Of a stretch of DNA of 64,000 nt, positions 13,939 to 62,753 are shown in pieces. The notes under the pieces were generated by a model. The model worked only from the letters and a program-made list of their open reading frames with translations, ran no database searches and was not told the origin of the DNA. The stretch's first letter is position 1; the number at the start of each line of letters is the position of its first letter. A program made the position numbers and the translations under genes. The DNA comes from Malacoraja senta. Taxonomy: Eukaryota. Location of the stretch: assembly GCA_038087875.1 (NCBI GenBank), contig JAXLNO010002632.1:124001-188000 (forward strand). Reading direction: 5' to 3'.

Positions 13939-15819
13939 TATACATTAAAAATCTGGCACAGTCTTCATGCTCACTTCCTCAAATCAAGGGAAATAAAAAC
14001 TCAATTGTTCTGCTATTCTATAAACCTCTGGTTACAGCTCAAGAGCCAGGAAGACAGTGTAAAAGCTCCTTATCTGCATAGTAATTAAGTATAAATATTG
14101 CAGAATCATTCAGTGTAGAAAATGAGAAGTAGGTAACATTGAAGCAAAGCTACCTATGACCTCTTGAACTGTGAATCAATTAATTCATTGCAATTTTGCC
14201 ACATCACCGAGACAGGCAAACAATGGGCTGCTAAGCAACCGCAATTGAACATGACATTAATTAAGACCTTATAATTGGCAACAGCTGATAGGGGCTGGAA
14301 AAGCGAAGCCGTGGTGGCTTGGCTCCTGTGAAGAAGTTATTCCAAAAATGGAAGGTGGGGCTGTGAGCCTGTTTTGGTCCAAGGGCTTAGACAAAGACCC
14401 AGTGTGGTCCACAAACAGATGAAACTGCGGTCTGTGGAATTTATCCAGGAGTAATTCATCTGCAGGAAATAATGTATTATCAAAACGCCACTAACATTCA
14501 GCAGGCAAGTAAAATTCCCAAGTTGCTTATGGGGAACTGAGCTGGGTTAGGGAAGGATGAAACTATCTTTAGGACCCAGCCTGATGCAACATACACTGTC
14601 ATTCATAGGGTAACCTAGATGTCTATGAACCAGTATCTTTCAAGTGATTTTGAAATACTCATAGATTGAAATGCATTTCCCTTTCCCTTGGAATGGCTAG
14701 TATTCCATGTCTGTTCATCGTTCGAGCTTCCTGCCATGTTTTTCTGTTCCTTGTTGCAGTGGACACCAATTTTAAAAGCAACAAACTGAATGGTGATTGA
14801 TGGAATGTACTTACAGGCATATCAGGGTTACTTACAGACACAAACTATGCACTTTAGTGGTTTATTGTACAGCCGGATACCTATAAAGGAAAGTGCATTA
14901 CGTCATATCAGGACACGAATAACAACGTCACATTTAACATGCACTCAGTGGATGCTGCACAAATATATATATTTTTAATTACTTGTTTAGTTTGCCTTTC
15001 ATTGTGTTGAGATATGTATGATTTGATCTGATATATAGATGAGAAGCAAAGATGTTTCTTGGTACATGGAAAGCTACCTTGAGCTAAAGCTGAAGACAAT
15101 GGTGACCTTCAGTTCATAATTGGTGCTGTAGAGAGGTTACTATACTTTGCAAAACAATTAGAATAATTACTTTGAATGTCTCTTCCTGATACACTGATCC
15201 ACCATATTTTTGCACAGTAAAAGCTTGCTGGTATGAATCATTTATTTACTTTGCTAAACCTGTTATCTTTGAGTTTAACAGTTAGGAACAGTAAAATGTA
15301 TTCTGCATGTATTCTAAATTAATGTCACAAGGTCTAATTACAATTTTATCTGAACATTTATTTAACAGGCTTTCAATCTCAGAAGTTTTACGTCCACTTA
15401 AATTTTTTTTTTTTTAAATTATTGTCATGTATACAGTAAAAAAAAACGTTCTTTTGCCTGATTCCAGGTGGATCATTTCATGCATGAGTACATCAGGTAG
15501 TGCAAAAGAGAAGATAAATCATGTCCAAATATAGTGTTACAGCTACAGAGAAAGTGCAGATAAAAAATAGTGTGAGGGCGACAGCTAAGTAGATTGCAAT
15601 ATTGGGATACATTCTTATCATTTGAGGTCTGTTCAAGAGTTTGATAACAGCGGGGAAGAAGCTGTTTTTGAATGTGGCGGTACGTGCTTACAAGCTCTTG
15701 TTTCATCTGTCTGATGGGAGAGTTGATAAGATAGAATGACTGGTTTGTAAGTGGTCCTTGATAATGTTGGGTACTTTCCCAAGTATGACCAAGGATTTTA
15801 CATAAACATTCATGGAAAT

Positions 15820-16712
15820 TCAGCTATTGTCATAAATAACCAAGCATTTTGGAAGTACTAATGAGGCTAGGACATGCCCCGTGAATAGAACGGCCTTGGG
15901 AAGCATTGAGGAAGAGAGGGACGTTGGAGTACAAGTGAAGCTGACAACACAGGTCGGTAACCTGGTTCGGAAGGCATAGGCACCACTGCTCTTCAATACA
16001 GAAGTAGGGAGATAATGCTCCAACTTTATAAGCGTTAAGGATGACATAGGAAGGATGTGATAATGTTGGAGAGGATGCAGAGTCAATTCACCAAAATATT
16101 GCCTGGGATGTTCCAGTTCAGTTATATGGGAAGTTATATTCAGTTATGTGCAACAGAGCTCCTTAAGAGGTGACTTGATTGAGGTCTCAGACAGCCATTG
16201 AAAAATTATTGAAAATTATTCTACCCTAGTTAGCAAATTGCACCTGTTTTTATCTTCTTACGTCATTTCAGTTTAGCTACTTTGATTTGAAGTCTAATCT
16301 GATTTGTAATAATTAATCTACAAGCACGGACCAGAATGGAATAGAAAATTGAGGTGTGCAAGATCATGAGGAGCAGGGGTAAAGGGAATGCTCAGTCTTT
16401 TTTTCCCCAGGGTACAGTGTTTTAAAAGGAGAGGGTAGAGCCTTAAGGTGAGAGGGGAGATATTTAAGAGGGACCTTGGGGGCAACTTTTCACAGACAAT
16501 AGTCTGTATCTGTAATGAACTCTCAGAAGAAGTTATAGAAGCTCATACAGTTACTACTTTAAAGACAGTTGGACAGATATATGGATAGGAAGAGTTTTAA
16601 GGGCTACTATGGGCCAAGTGCAGTTAACTAGGACTAGCCCTTGGTGCTAAATTAATTGGCATGGACAAGACGGACAGAAGGGCTTGTTTCCTTCTGAAGA
16701 TCTTCATGACTC
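15820..16712 (+). repeat. Degenerate CR1 LINE 3' fragments
   Basis: Similarity to the CR1 ORF2 end and 3' UTR seen at 24231-25797. Confidence 0.65.
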
Positions 16713-16852
16713 TAAAACTACCTCATCTAAATGGAGCTAGGAAAATAAGATACTGTTGGACAAAGGTGCAATGAATAAGCTGGTTCCTCCTATTTTAGAA
16801 ATGTTAGGAGCACAGAAATAAGCCCTTCAGCACAACTTAAACTTGCCTATCA

Positions 16853-17663
16853 AAGGACAAAGGACTTTTTTGTCACATACGCCAATTGGTGCAGTGAAAT
16901 TTGAGTTACCATGCAGCACACAAATAATATAAACACAACACTACAGAATTTAACATAAAACATAAAACATCCCCCACAGCGGAATCAACGTTTCCCACTG
17001 TGAGGGAAGGCAATAAAAGTTCAGTCCTCGTCCTCTTGTTCACCCGTGTTCGGGGCCTATTGAGGCCTCCGCAGTCGCCACTACGGACGGCCCAATGTTT
17101 CAGGCCCTCTCGCCGGATGATGGAACTCCGGCGTCAGAAGAACACTATCGGCGGCTTGGAGTTTCCAAATCGGCCGCTTCCTACCGGAGACCGCGGCTTC
17201 CGAAGTCCACATGCCGAGCTGGGCAGAGCTCCAACACTGGCGACCTTGGCGAAAGATCCCAGACCTCCGTGATGTTAAAGTCAGTGCCGCCCGCGGCTGG
17301 AAGCTCTGCAGACAACAGCTCCACGGTGTTAAAGTCGGCAGTCCCAGCACTCCAGAGTTTTCAACATGGCGACCCTAGTAAGGCATCAGCTGCTCCGCGA
17401 TGGTACTTCAGTGCTGCACCGCCACTGAAGCTCTGGCCGGTCTCCAGCAGGAAAGGCCGCGCCAATCCGGATGGTAGGCCGCGAGGAGGGGGGTGAAGAT
17501 GCGGCTCGGAGGAAAGACGCATGCTTGACCCAGGTAGCGAATGTGAAAAACAGTTTCCCCCTCCCCCCCCCCCCCACACACATAAAAAGACTAAAAGACA
17601 TCCAAAACAAAACTTTTTGACGGACTAAAAATTTTAAAAAAAGGGCACTCGATGGTGCCACCA
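16853..17663 (-). mobile_element. GC-rich non-autonomous retroelement with a Rex/L2-like 3' end
   Basis: Architecture shared with 33946-34753: GTGGTGGC(A/G)CC start, T-rich then poly-G tract, GC-rich body, hairpin, LINE-like 3' tail. Confidence 0.65.
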
Positions 17664-17689
17664 CTCTGTCGTCTAAGCTTGTTCCATTT

Positions 17690-17995
17690 GTCCACATTAG
17701 GCTCATATACATCTAACCTTTTCTATCTCTGTACCTAGCCAAATGTCTCTTAAATGTTGTTATTGTACTTGTCTCAACCACTTCCTCTGGTTTAAACCAA
17801 CATTTATAATTCCCTCCTACATACCGTCTCTGGTAGTTTGTTCTGTATATGCACCACTCTCTGATTGAAGAAGTTGCCACTTTTAAATCCTTCCCTCGCA
17901 CTTTAAACCAATGACCTCTAGTTTTTGATTTCCCTTCACTGGAAAAAAGACTATTTACATTCACCTTTTCTACGCCTCGCATCATGTCATTCGCA
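17690..17995 (-). repeat. CR1 LINE 3' fragment
   Basis: KSKTRGHWFKVRG...TFKRHL.RY remnant. Confidence 0.7.
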
Positions 17996-18411
17996 CGATT
18001 GGTGCTACCCATTTATTTTGGATCCACAGAAGTTGACACCCCCCCTCATGTCAACTAGATGATAAAGTTCCATCTTTTTTTCTATTTGTCACTGCAATTT
18101 ACATATTCCTTTTATGGACTGTTGCAGAGGGATAACCTGATAATTCAACAATCCACTTTGATTCCTGTCTAATGTCTTCTGTTTGGAATAACCCATATAT
18201 TTTGACATCCTCGGCATTTAATGTTCCCCTGCCATTTTGGTTGCTCAGGAAGCATCTGTTTTGGTTATTGCAGTCATGGTGGGCATTACAGTGAAATAGA
18301 TTTGAGTGCACAGAGTACATTTGATGGAATACATTAGTGTCAGCTTCAATTTCCATAAAAACTAATTTGAATTGAGCTTTGGAGTTAACCCTTACAGTGT
18401 AGATTAAAATA

Positions 18412-18618
18412 ATGAATAACCAAAACATAAAAGACAATTTAACTCGAAAACTAGAAGCCAAGTGCAAGGCATTGAAGTCCCATAATGAAGGACGATCATG
18501 CAAAGGAACACAGGCTGAATTTGATGTCAAGCATAACACACTGGGTATCGGGATAAAGAATGCCAAAAAAAAAGAAGAGAATTATGAGCATAGCGAATGG
18601 ACTATTAACATCGACTAG
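18412..18618 (+). mobile_element. Possible Tigger/pogo transposase N-terminal HTH fossil
   Basis: TRKLEAKCKALKSHNEGRSCKGTQAEFDVKHNTLGIGIKNAKK resembles the CENP-B/psq HTH of Tigger transposases. Confidence 0.45.
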
Positions 18619-18660
18619 GGGGACTTTGTATCTGTTGTGACTAAGAGAAGGGGGCTGCAT

Positions 18661-19403
18661 CACATCCTGAACAACGGATACAGTGGATGAGGTTGGAGGA
18701 AGTGCAAGTGAACCTCTGCCTCACCTCAAAGGACAGTCGGGGTCCCAGAACAGAGTCGAGGGAGGACGTATAGGGACAGGTGTTGCATCTCCTGTGGTTG
18801 CAGGGGAAGCTATCTGGGGAGGGGGTGGTTTGGGTGGGAAGGGATGAGTTAACCAGGGAGTTGCGGAGGGAATGGTCTCTGTGGAAGGCGGAAAGTGATG
18901 GCGATGGGAACATGTGACTAGTGGTGGGATCCCGTTGGAGGTGGCGAAAATGTCAGAGGATTATGTGTTGTATGCGACGGCTGATGTGGTGAAAGATAGG
19001 GGCTGGAGGGACTCTGTCTCTGTTGCGACCAGGGGGACTCTGTCTCTGTGGCGACTAGGGGGAGGGGGGAGCAAGAGTGGAGCTGCGGGGTACCGAGGAG
19101 ACACTTTGAGGGCCTCATCTATGATTGAAGAGGGGAGCCCCCAATCCCAAAAAATGAGGACATCTCGGATGTCCTGGTATGGAACACCTCATCTTGGGCG
19201 CAGATGTGGCGTAGATGGAGGAATTGGGAGTAGGGGATGGAGTCTTTGATGGAAGCAGGGTGGGAAGAAATGTAGTCGAGATAGTTGTGGGAGTCGGTGG
19301 GTTTGTAATAGACATCAGTCAATAGTCTATTTCCTATGATGGAGACAGTGAGATCAAGAAAGGGGAGAGAGGTGTCGGAGAAGTGAATTTCAGTGCAGGA
19401 TGG
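18661..19403 (-). mobile_element. Penelope-like retroelement fragment (RT C-terminus and start of GIY-YIG region), frameshifted
   Basis: LPFLDLTV...TDVYYKPTDSHNYLDYISSHP...IPYSQF; PCNHRRCNTC...FTCTSSNLIHCIRC. Confidence 0.88.
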
Positions 19404-20562
19404 TAGTTGAAAATGATCCAGGAAGAAACTAGATGATTGTGTTTTATCACTGCTGGCCATTCAGTAATTTAGACTCACTGTACAACTACTTTCACCACAA
19501 ACAAGAACTTTTTTCAGTACTTGACCAGCTTTCCAATCTTAGGACAACTTGTTAAGAATAAAGCAACTCATGTTGAAAAACTATTTGTTAAACTAATCGA
19601 TCATTACCTATGGTTACCAGTGTTTTAATATGTTTGGTTTGTGTATGCGTAATAGAAGAGAGGGAGGGAAATAATTGGCTGCTGTTGAGGTCATTGACTA
19701 TGGTCCGTAATGCAAAAACTTTCTTTTGGATTTTGCCATTCTCATTTTTGTTTTTGTTAAATTGATGGTCAGTGGGCAAAACAGCAAAACCTTTTAAGAA
19801 CATTTGATGATCCAACCCATTATTACTTAGCATGTGGTTATCTATTTACCATGTGGTCCACTATCATTTTGAATCTGTAATATTGACAACCTGTTCTGTT
19901 CACAAAGTTTATTTGAGCCTGGATGAGTTGATGTAATGCTAAATTCTGTAAACTGAGAATGACGTTATTGTTCTTCAGTGTAAGGCTGATTCTTATTACT
20001 GGCAACAAGCTGAGCAATTAAACCACGATTAAAAGTGAATTGGAGAACTACAGAACTGCAATGATCCAGAGCCATTTGGTTGTAATGCTGGCATAGTAGA
20101 TTTTCGGGACTGTGAATGGTACTTCTATTAATACCCAACACACACTTTCATTTCACGTTACCAATGAAACAAGTAGAGTGAACGGGAAAGGGAAATACCA
20201 AAGCACTCCGGATCCCAGCTCCGGCTGCAAATGTGCTTGCCTTCCTGATCATTGGTGCTTTGGCTACACACCTAATCCACAGTGCGGCCTTAGCTGTACT
20301 CTGGACCCCTGGTTCTGACCCCGCACCTTACTTCCACTCTGGACCCTCAGCTCACATTTCCAACTCACGGTTGATGATCAGGATTTACAAACAATCAAAC
20401 AACGGATTAATGGAGTTTTGTTTCACTTTCACCTTTTGGATGAATATAAATAGAATTAAAGAACTTAATTGTAACAGCAACTTTATTCACAAAATTAACT
20501 TTGCCGAAGAAAATAATGAAACCTACCGAAATTTCTCTAATTTTCATTCTCATCTTTTTCAG

Positions 20563-57703
<37,141 letters not shown>

Positions 57704-58021
57704 AGGTTGACTTGCGACTCTTACAACCCTGCGTGTGGCTCCAAATGCAAGGTGCAAAGTCAAGTCAGCAGATACGGCCAAGCAGGTAGAAGAGTGAAGA
57801 ATTGCACCATACTATAGAAGCAATAATTCCATGCAGAGGTTTACTTCTATCTAACTGCTGGAGAGCAGTAAGTGTTGGTATTTTACACTTTAAAAAATAC
57901 CAAACAGTTGCTGGTTACTTCTCTGCCTGTTCTCTAGTAGTAATTCAGGTCTAGCATTATAATGTAAAAAAATTCTCATCCAATGGTATCCCAGCACTTT
58001 GCACAAATTAATTAACTATGA

Positions 58022-58128
58022 AATAAATCATACGTGGGTTTTCAGCTGATCTGTACCTTATTAAGTCGGTCACAATGAATCAATAGAGCTTTGCATATGT
58101 GCTTTTACTCACAGGATCGTGGAATAAA
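58022..58128 (+). terminator. Candidate polyadenylation signals of ATP12A (AATAAA at 58022-58027 and 58123-58128)
   Basis: First AATAAA hexamers seen 3' of the stop codon, before the convergent gene. Confidence 0.45.
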
Positions 58129-58409
58129 CCAAGCATTCTACAACTTGGAGAGAGAAGCAGAAAAATAACTAAAAGAGAACATACCTGTTGCTACTGTAAT
58201 TGTAAAATACCCAGTGCTTGTTTAATTGTTTTATGACATTATCAGTAAAAAAACATTTGATTATCAACAGAGCAATTTGTTTCATCAATTTCCATGTCTG
58301 GTAGTTAGCAGCTTAGACAAAAAAAAATTCAGAACATTTTGAAATGTCAGAAAATAAGTTGAATTGCTTTAAATAATATTTAACAAATGATTAAATGCAA
58401 ATTACATTG

Positions 58410-58492
58410 TTAAGTAGAGTGCCTCACGTGCTTTCCTGAGTGAGGTAATAAGGTATATTTATGTCTCCCTTGAGGTGAAGCGCTGTGTTTAC
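58410..58492 (-). CDS. CXorf65/C22orf15-like probable terminal coding exon (GKHSASPQ...VRHST*)
   Basis: minus strand tttgtttatcag|GT...TAA; phase fits; ATTAAA follows at 58221-58226 (- strand). Confidence 0.6.
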
Positions 58493-61400
58493 CTGATAAA
58501 CAAATTGTGAAGCAGAGTATTACCAAACAGAAAAGGAGTACAAAATCCACAACACAAAGCTACAAGAACTTTGACTATGCGCATTTGTCCATATTTCGAA
58601 CCTGATTTGCATACAGGAGGTTTTAAATCCCTTAATTCAGCTGTGACTTTCAAACTACATTTTGAAAGAGCACAAAATGCATACAATGAAATTAAAATCT
58701 ACAAACATGTCTCTATGACATTCCAAGATGGCAATATTGCTATGGAGAGAGGATAAAAATAGAGTTGCAGGTTAAATCGTGGCTTAAATATTACAATGCT
58801 AAACAATCATTGAATAATAATCATTTTGAATTGTCGACAAAACAGGGGAATGTGAACAAGGGTGTGTCTTGAAAAAAAAAAAGAAACATGGCCAAAACTC
58901 TCAAGTTTTGACAGGTGGGATGCGCATGGCTTCTTTCCTCAGTTCAGGTTTGGGTCAATTCTGGCAGACTTAAAACAAGTTAGAAGGTTCCGAGTTGAAG
59001 CACTGCTCCAGAAACTGGAACACATAAACTTGGCTCCTATTTCATACATGCAAGTTCACTCTACTATCTGCTTGAGAAGTAGATGGTGGTGAATAGTCAA
59101 GTTTGACTTTTATTCTATGTGGAAGATGAAAGAAATTCATTTTGACTAATTGTTGGTGATCAAAACAAAGATAGTTTAACCCAGTTTGCAAAACAACAAG
59201 GTCCATAAATTGCAGGAGATAAAAGATCAGTAAACTCTTTTTTGGCTTCAATGAAAACTGCATTTTAACTGTAGCATATTACGATTCTTACCATCTGTCC
59301 TGAATGAAATGGAGGAAGATGGTGAAGAAGATATCTTGTGCAGCCTTTTTGCTTTTCCTCGGGACTGACCTCGAGAATCCAGCCGGATTCCTAGTTTAGC
59401 TTCAGGAAAAGAAGATAAATAGATGAGGTAAATCTGTATTCAACACAGGGTGAGTGAAACAGAGGCCTTAAGCCAGCGTCTCAAAATCAATTAATTATTC
59501 TTTGCCACCTCAGTATTTTTTGCAAACAACAAACAAATGGAAGTTTTTATGAAGAAATGGGGAAACCTATTGCTTCGTCAGTAATGCTGTGCATCTCAGA
59601 AATACAGTATAAAATACAGCCACTGGTATATGAGGTGCATTGATCCCATACATGACTAAATTTGTTGTATTACTTTCATTCTGTACACTGATAAATAGAG
59701 TTGCTTTCTTCATCCATATGCATTGAACTAAACACTCCGAAGGACACAAAGTGCTGGAGTAACGCAGCTGGTTGGGCAACATCTTTGGAGAACAAGGATA
59801 GGTGACGATTCGGGTTAGAACCTGAAAAACTGAGATCTTTTTGACTTACCTAAGAATTTTGAAGTGACAATATTATGATTGTTCAGTAAAGGTGTATATC
59901 TTGGTTTGGAGGAACTGACAGGCCCTGCAAGATATAAATGTATACACAACCACTTTAAAAACTTCTTACTAAACCAAAATAAAACATAGAGATTTGTACT
60001 TAAATGTTTCTATGTCCTCCAATCCAGATGACGAGGGTCAGAGATGAGTGGGGTCCCCAGATGCTATATGCCACTATGTACATTTCAGAAAAAGCTAGAT
60101 TCATCTACAGTTTTCGTTCAACGAATGAAATAATGATTTTGTTTTTTAACTATTGTTATGCTTTGTAGCATTGGTTTACATTAAATGCAATGTTAGTTTG
60201 CAAGCATCAGTTGTTTTTTTATTCCTCTCCATCACTCATTCTTTTATTGCTGCTTTTTCTGTTATCACGTGATCAGATCCTGTGTGACTGGCAGCAATCT
60301 GATCTGAAATGAATGTTTATTTTTTTCCATTTTGCTTTGGTAACTGTAAACTTACCCATTCTTGCCCCATAATTACTCCTTTTCTTTTAAGGAACCAACT
60401 TACTGTTCACACCAAGTAGAACATAGACCGCTCTTCCAGTCAAGATATCAGAGGAGTACGAATGTTGGTTTAGTAATAGATTTTTCACCTCTCCATTCTC
60501 ATCTGCTAGATCAATCTCAGCTGAAATAAAAGTACAACAGAAGCTTGTTATTGGCAAAAATAACCATCTATGACAGATTGATTTCCTCCATAACTTATTT
60601 CCGTCTACAAATGTATCATTTCTAATGATCTTGCATTGCTTTTATTTAACCCTACATCACAACAACCCATTTCCTTCATCTCATTGATCCTGTTTTTTTA
60701 AAATAATTTTCACAATACCACTATTCTAGCTGTGTAGTCATCTAATAAGGAATACTCACCGTTAAGCAGCTTTAACATGTGCTTCTAGATCCAAAGCCTC
60801 TTTTGGAGCATCATCTGACCATGAGAGGGAGTTGATAACAATTTGGTCACAACACCTTTTTAAGGAACGTTTTCTCTTAAAGGATTACTAAATCTCTTTC
60901 CCCTCAATACGGATGAAAACAAAGCACTACAACCAAACATGAAGACAAAACTTTTCTATATTTACAGGTTTAATCTCTCTAATATTTCAATTGCATATTA
61001 TGTATGATGCAGCTCTACTTGCACGGGAACATCACTAGTAGATGGTAGTATCTCCTTCACTACGGAAAGATACAAAATGCTGGAGTAACTTAGCGGGTCA
61101 GGGCATTGATAGGTGACGTTTTGGGTCAAGGCTTCTTCAGTCTGAAGGGTTCAACCCAAAAAATCACATATCAGGGTCTCAACACAAAACATCTCCATCC
61201 ATATTCACCAGAGCTGCTGCCTGACCCACTTAGCTACTCCAGCATTTTGTGTCTTTCCTTGGTTAACCAGCATCTGCAGTTCAGTATTCCTGCATCACCA
61301 GATCTGTTTTAAGGAGGAAGCTTCTAATTCTGGCAATTTCTTATCTGGTTCATTTGATGATATCATCCTTCCATATCTTAGTTGGTCATGATGATGTGTC

Positions 61401-62753
61401 ATCGTATAAATAGGTGAATTAGGAGCGAGATTACATCATGTGTCAACTAAGCCTGCCCCACTGATTGTAACCTCAATTCCTCATTCCATTCTCCACCTTA
61501 CGTATAAAGAATCCATCTACAAATTGCCTTAAAAAAAACAACCCAAAGACTGTCCACTTCATGTGAGAGAGTACTAAAGACTCAAGACATGCAGAAAAAT
61601 CCTGCCTTCGCTCTCTGAAATGAGCAAATCTTTTATTTTCAAAGGAGAGTCACCACTCATGCACATGTCTGGATCCAATCCAATCGAGGATCTCTGAAAA
61701 CCAAGCACAATTGAAATTGCTCCCATTCTCAGTTGACTGAAATCATCATGATCTTCCCTTCCTTACAAGAAAACAGTTTATTAATATCCCTTAAATTTCA
61801 ATATTATCTCACATCACACGCTGCCTATGAATTGCTCATAACATTTCCTCACCCTGACCCTTAAATATGTTTTTTAGTCAGACTATCCACAAGTGGGGAC
61901 AACTCAGCTGCTGGGAATTTCCTTCTTGTTCATCAAACAATTGGAAACAAAGACAAGTAGGTTCTCTGGAAAAAAACATTCAGGTTTTAGGTGGTTTCAG
62001 AGCTCATCCACTCAAGTTACAAATCAAGTGGGAGAATTCACCTATTTAGAATCACGTCAGATTTATGTTTTCTTGGGGATTTTGATAACTGCATTAGAAA
62101 AACAACTAATTAAGTGGAAAGCCACCTTACTCTGAGACATATTTACTCTGGCCTCAGAATGAACTGTTTTGACTGGAACATTTACTGCCAACTCTTTCTT
62201 GGTCTTGCATACCCTAACATTGAATATCGGCAAACCCTACTTAACGCGTTTAGGTATTGCTTTGGTCTTCAATAGTACACACGAATGCAGGGTAGCAGAC
62301 TTTCTTTCTGACCCTTAATATTTCCTGCCACATAGAGTAGGCTTTGAGTTCTTCAATGCCCCTCCTACACCATAACTGGTACTGAAATTTAATTGTACAG
62401 AAAATATTCCCTAAATTATCATTAGTTAATCATCAGCAACCTATCGGAGTGAAATCATGTAATGTATTTCACCACTAGTACCTCAATTTCTGAAATATAT
62501 AAACATATACCTATCCCACAAAATTAGGTTGTTTTTATACCAACATTGTACTTGTATTGAATGTCAAAGAGCATAGAACACGATTATCTATGCCACAATC
62601 ATTACTAATGGAACCACTTCATATCTCTACAATTGGGCCTAGAGCAAAATTAATAATTTCTCTTACCTTCAGACTCATAATGACAGTTCTGTTTGATGCA
62701 GTCCAATAAAATTTGGGTCTTGCAGTATGGATTGAAGAGAGCATGTTCATTAT
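58410..62753 (-). CDS. Uncharacterised small protein of the CXorf65/C22orf15 family; five spliced coding exons, first exon not found
   Basis: Five phase-1 exons with AG/GT boundaries join in frame to give DNEHALFNPYCKTQILLDCIKQNCHYESE-AEIDLADENGEVKNLLLNQHSYSSDILTGRAVYVLLGVN-RPVSSSKPRYTPLLNNHNIVTSKFL-AKLGIRLDSRGQSRGKAKRLHKISSSPSSSISFRTD-GKHSASPQGRHKYTLLPHSGKHVRHST*. This resembles CXorf65 (DNQQFLVNTNC...TIDLCEQTG...YASKYLTARSTYYV...PLL, basic tail). Confidence 0.8.
59292..59399 (-). CDS. CXorf65/C22orf15-like exon (AKLGIRLDSRGQ...SFRTD)
   Basis: minus strand tcttcttttcctgaag|CT...GATG|gtaaga; 108 nt. Confidence 0.75.
59850..59924 (-). CDS. CXorf65/C22orf15-like exon (RPVSSSKPRYTPLLNNHNIVTSKFL)
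   Basis: minus strand atcttgcag|GG...TTAG|gtaagt; 75 nt. Confidence 0.8.
60404..60520 (-). CDS. CXorf65/C22orf15-like exon (AEIDLADENGEVKNL...AVYVLLGVN)
   Basis: minus strand tttatttcag|CT...AACA|gtaagt; 117 nt. Confidence 0.85.
62667..62753 (-). CDS. CXorf65/C22orf15-like exon (DNEHALFNPYCKTQILLDCIKQNCHYESE)
   Basis: minus strand aatgcag|AT...GAAG|gtaaga; 87 nt. Confidence 0.82.

Noticed and set aside
17000-17712. Overlapping 72-133 aa ORFs in GC-rich DNA (also 33980-34799), and a CpG-island call
   Set aside because: They lie inside two copies of a GC-rich non-autonomous repeat; the ORFs reflect low stop-codon frequency.
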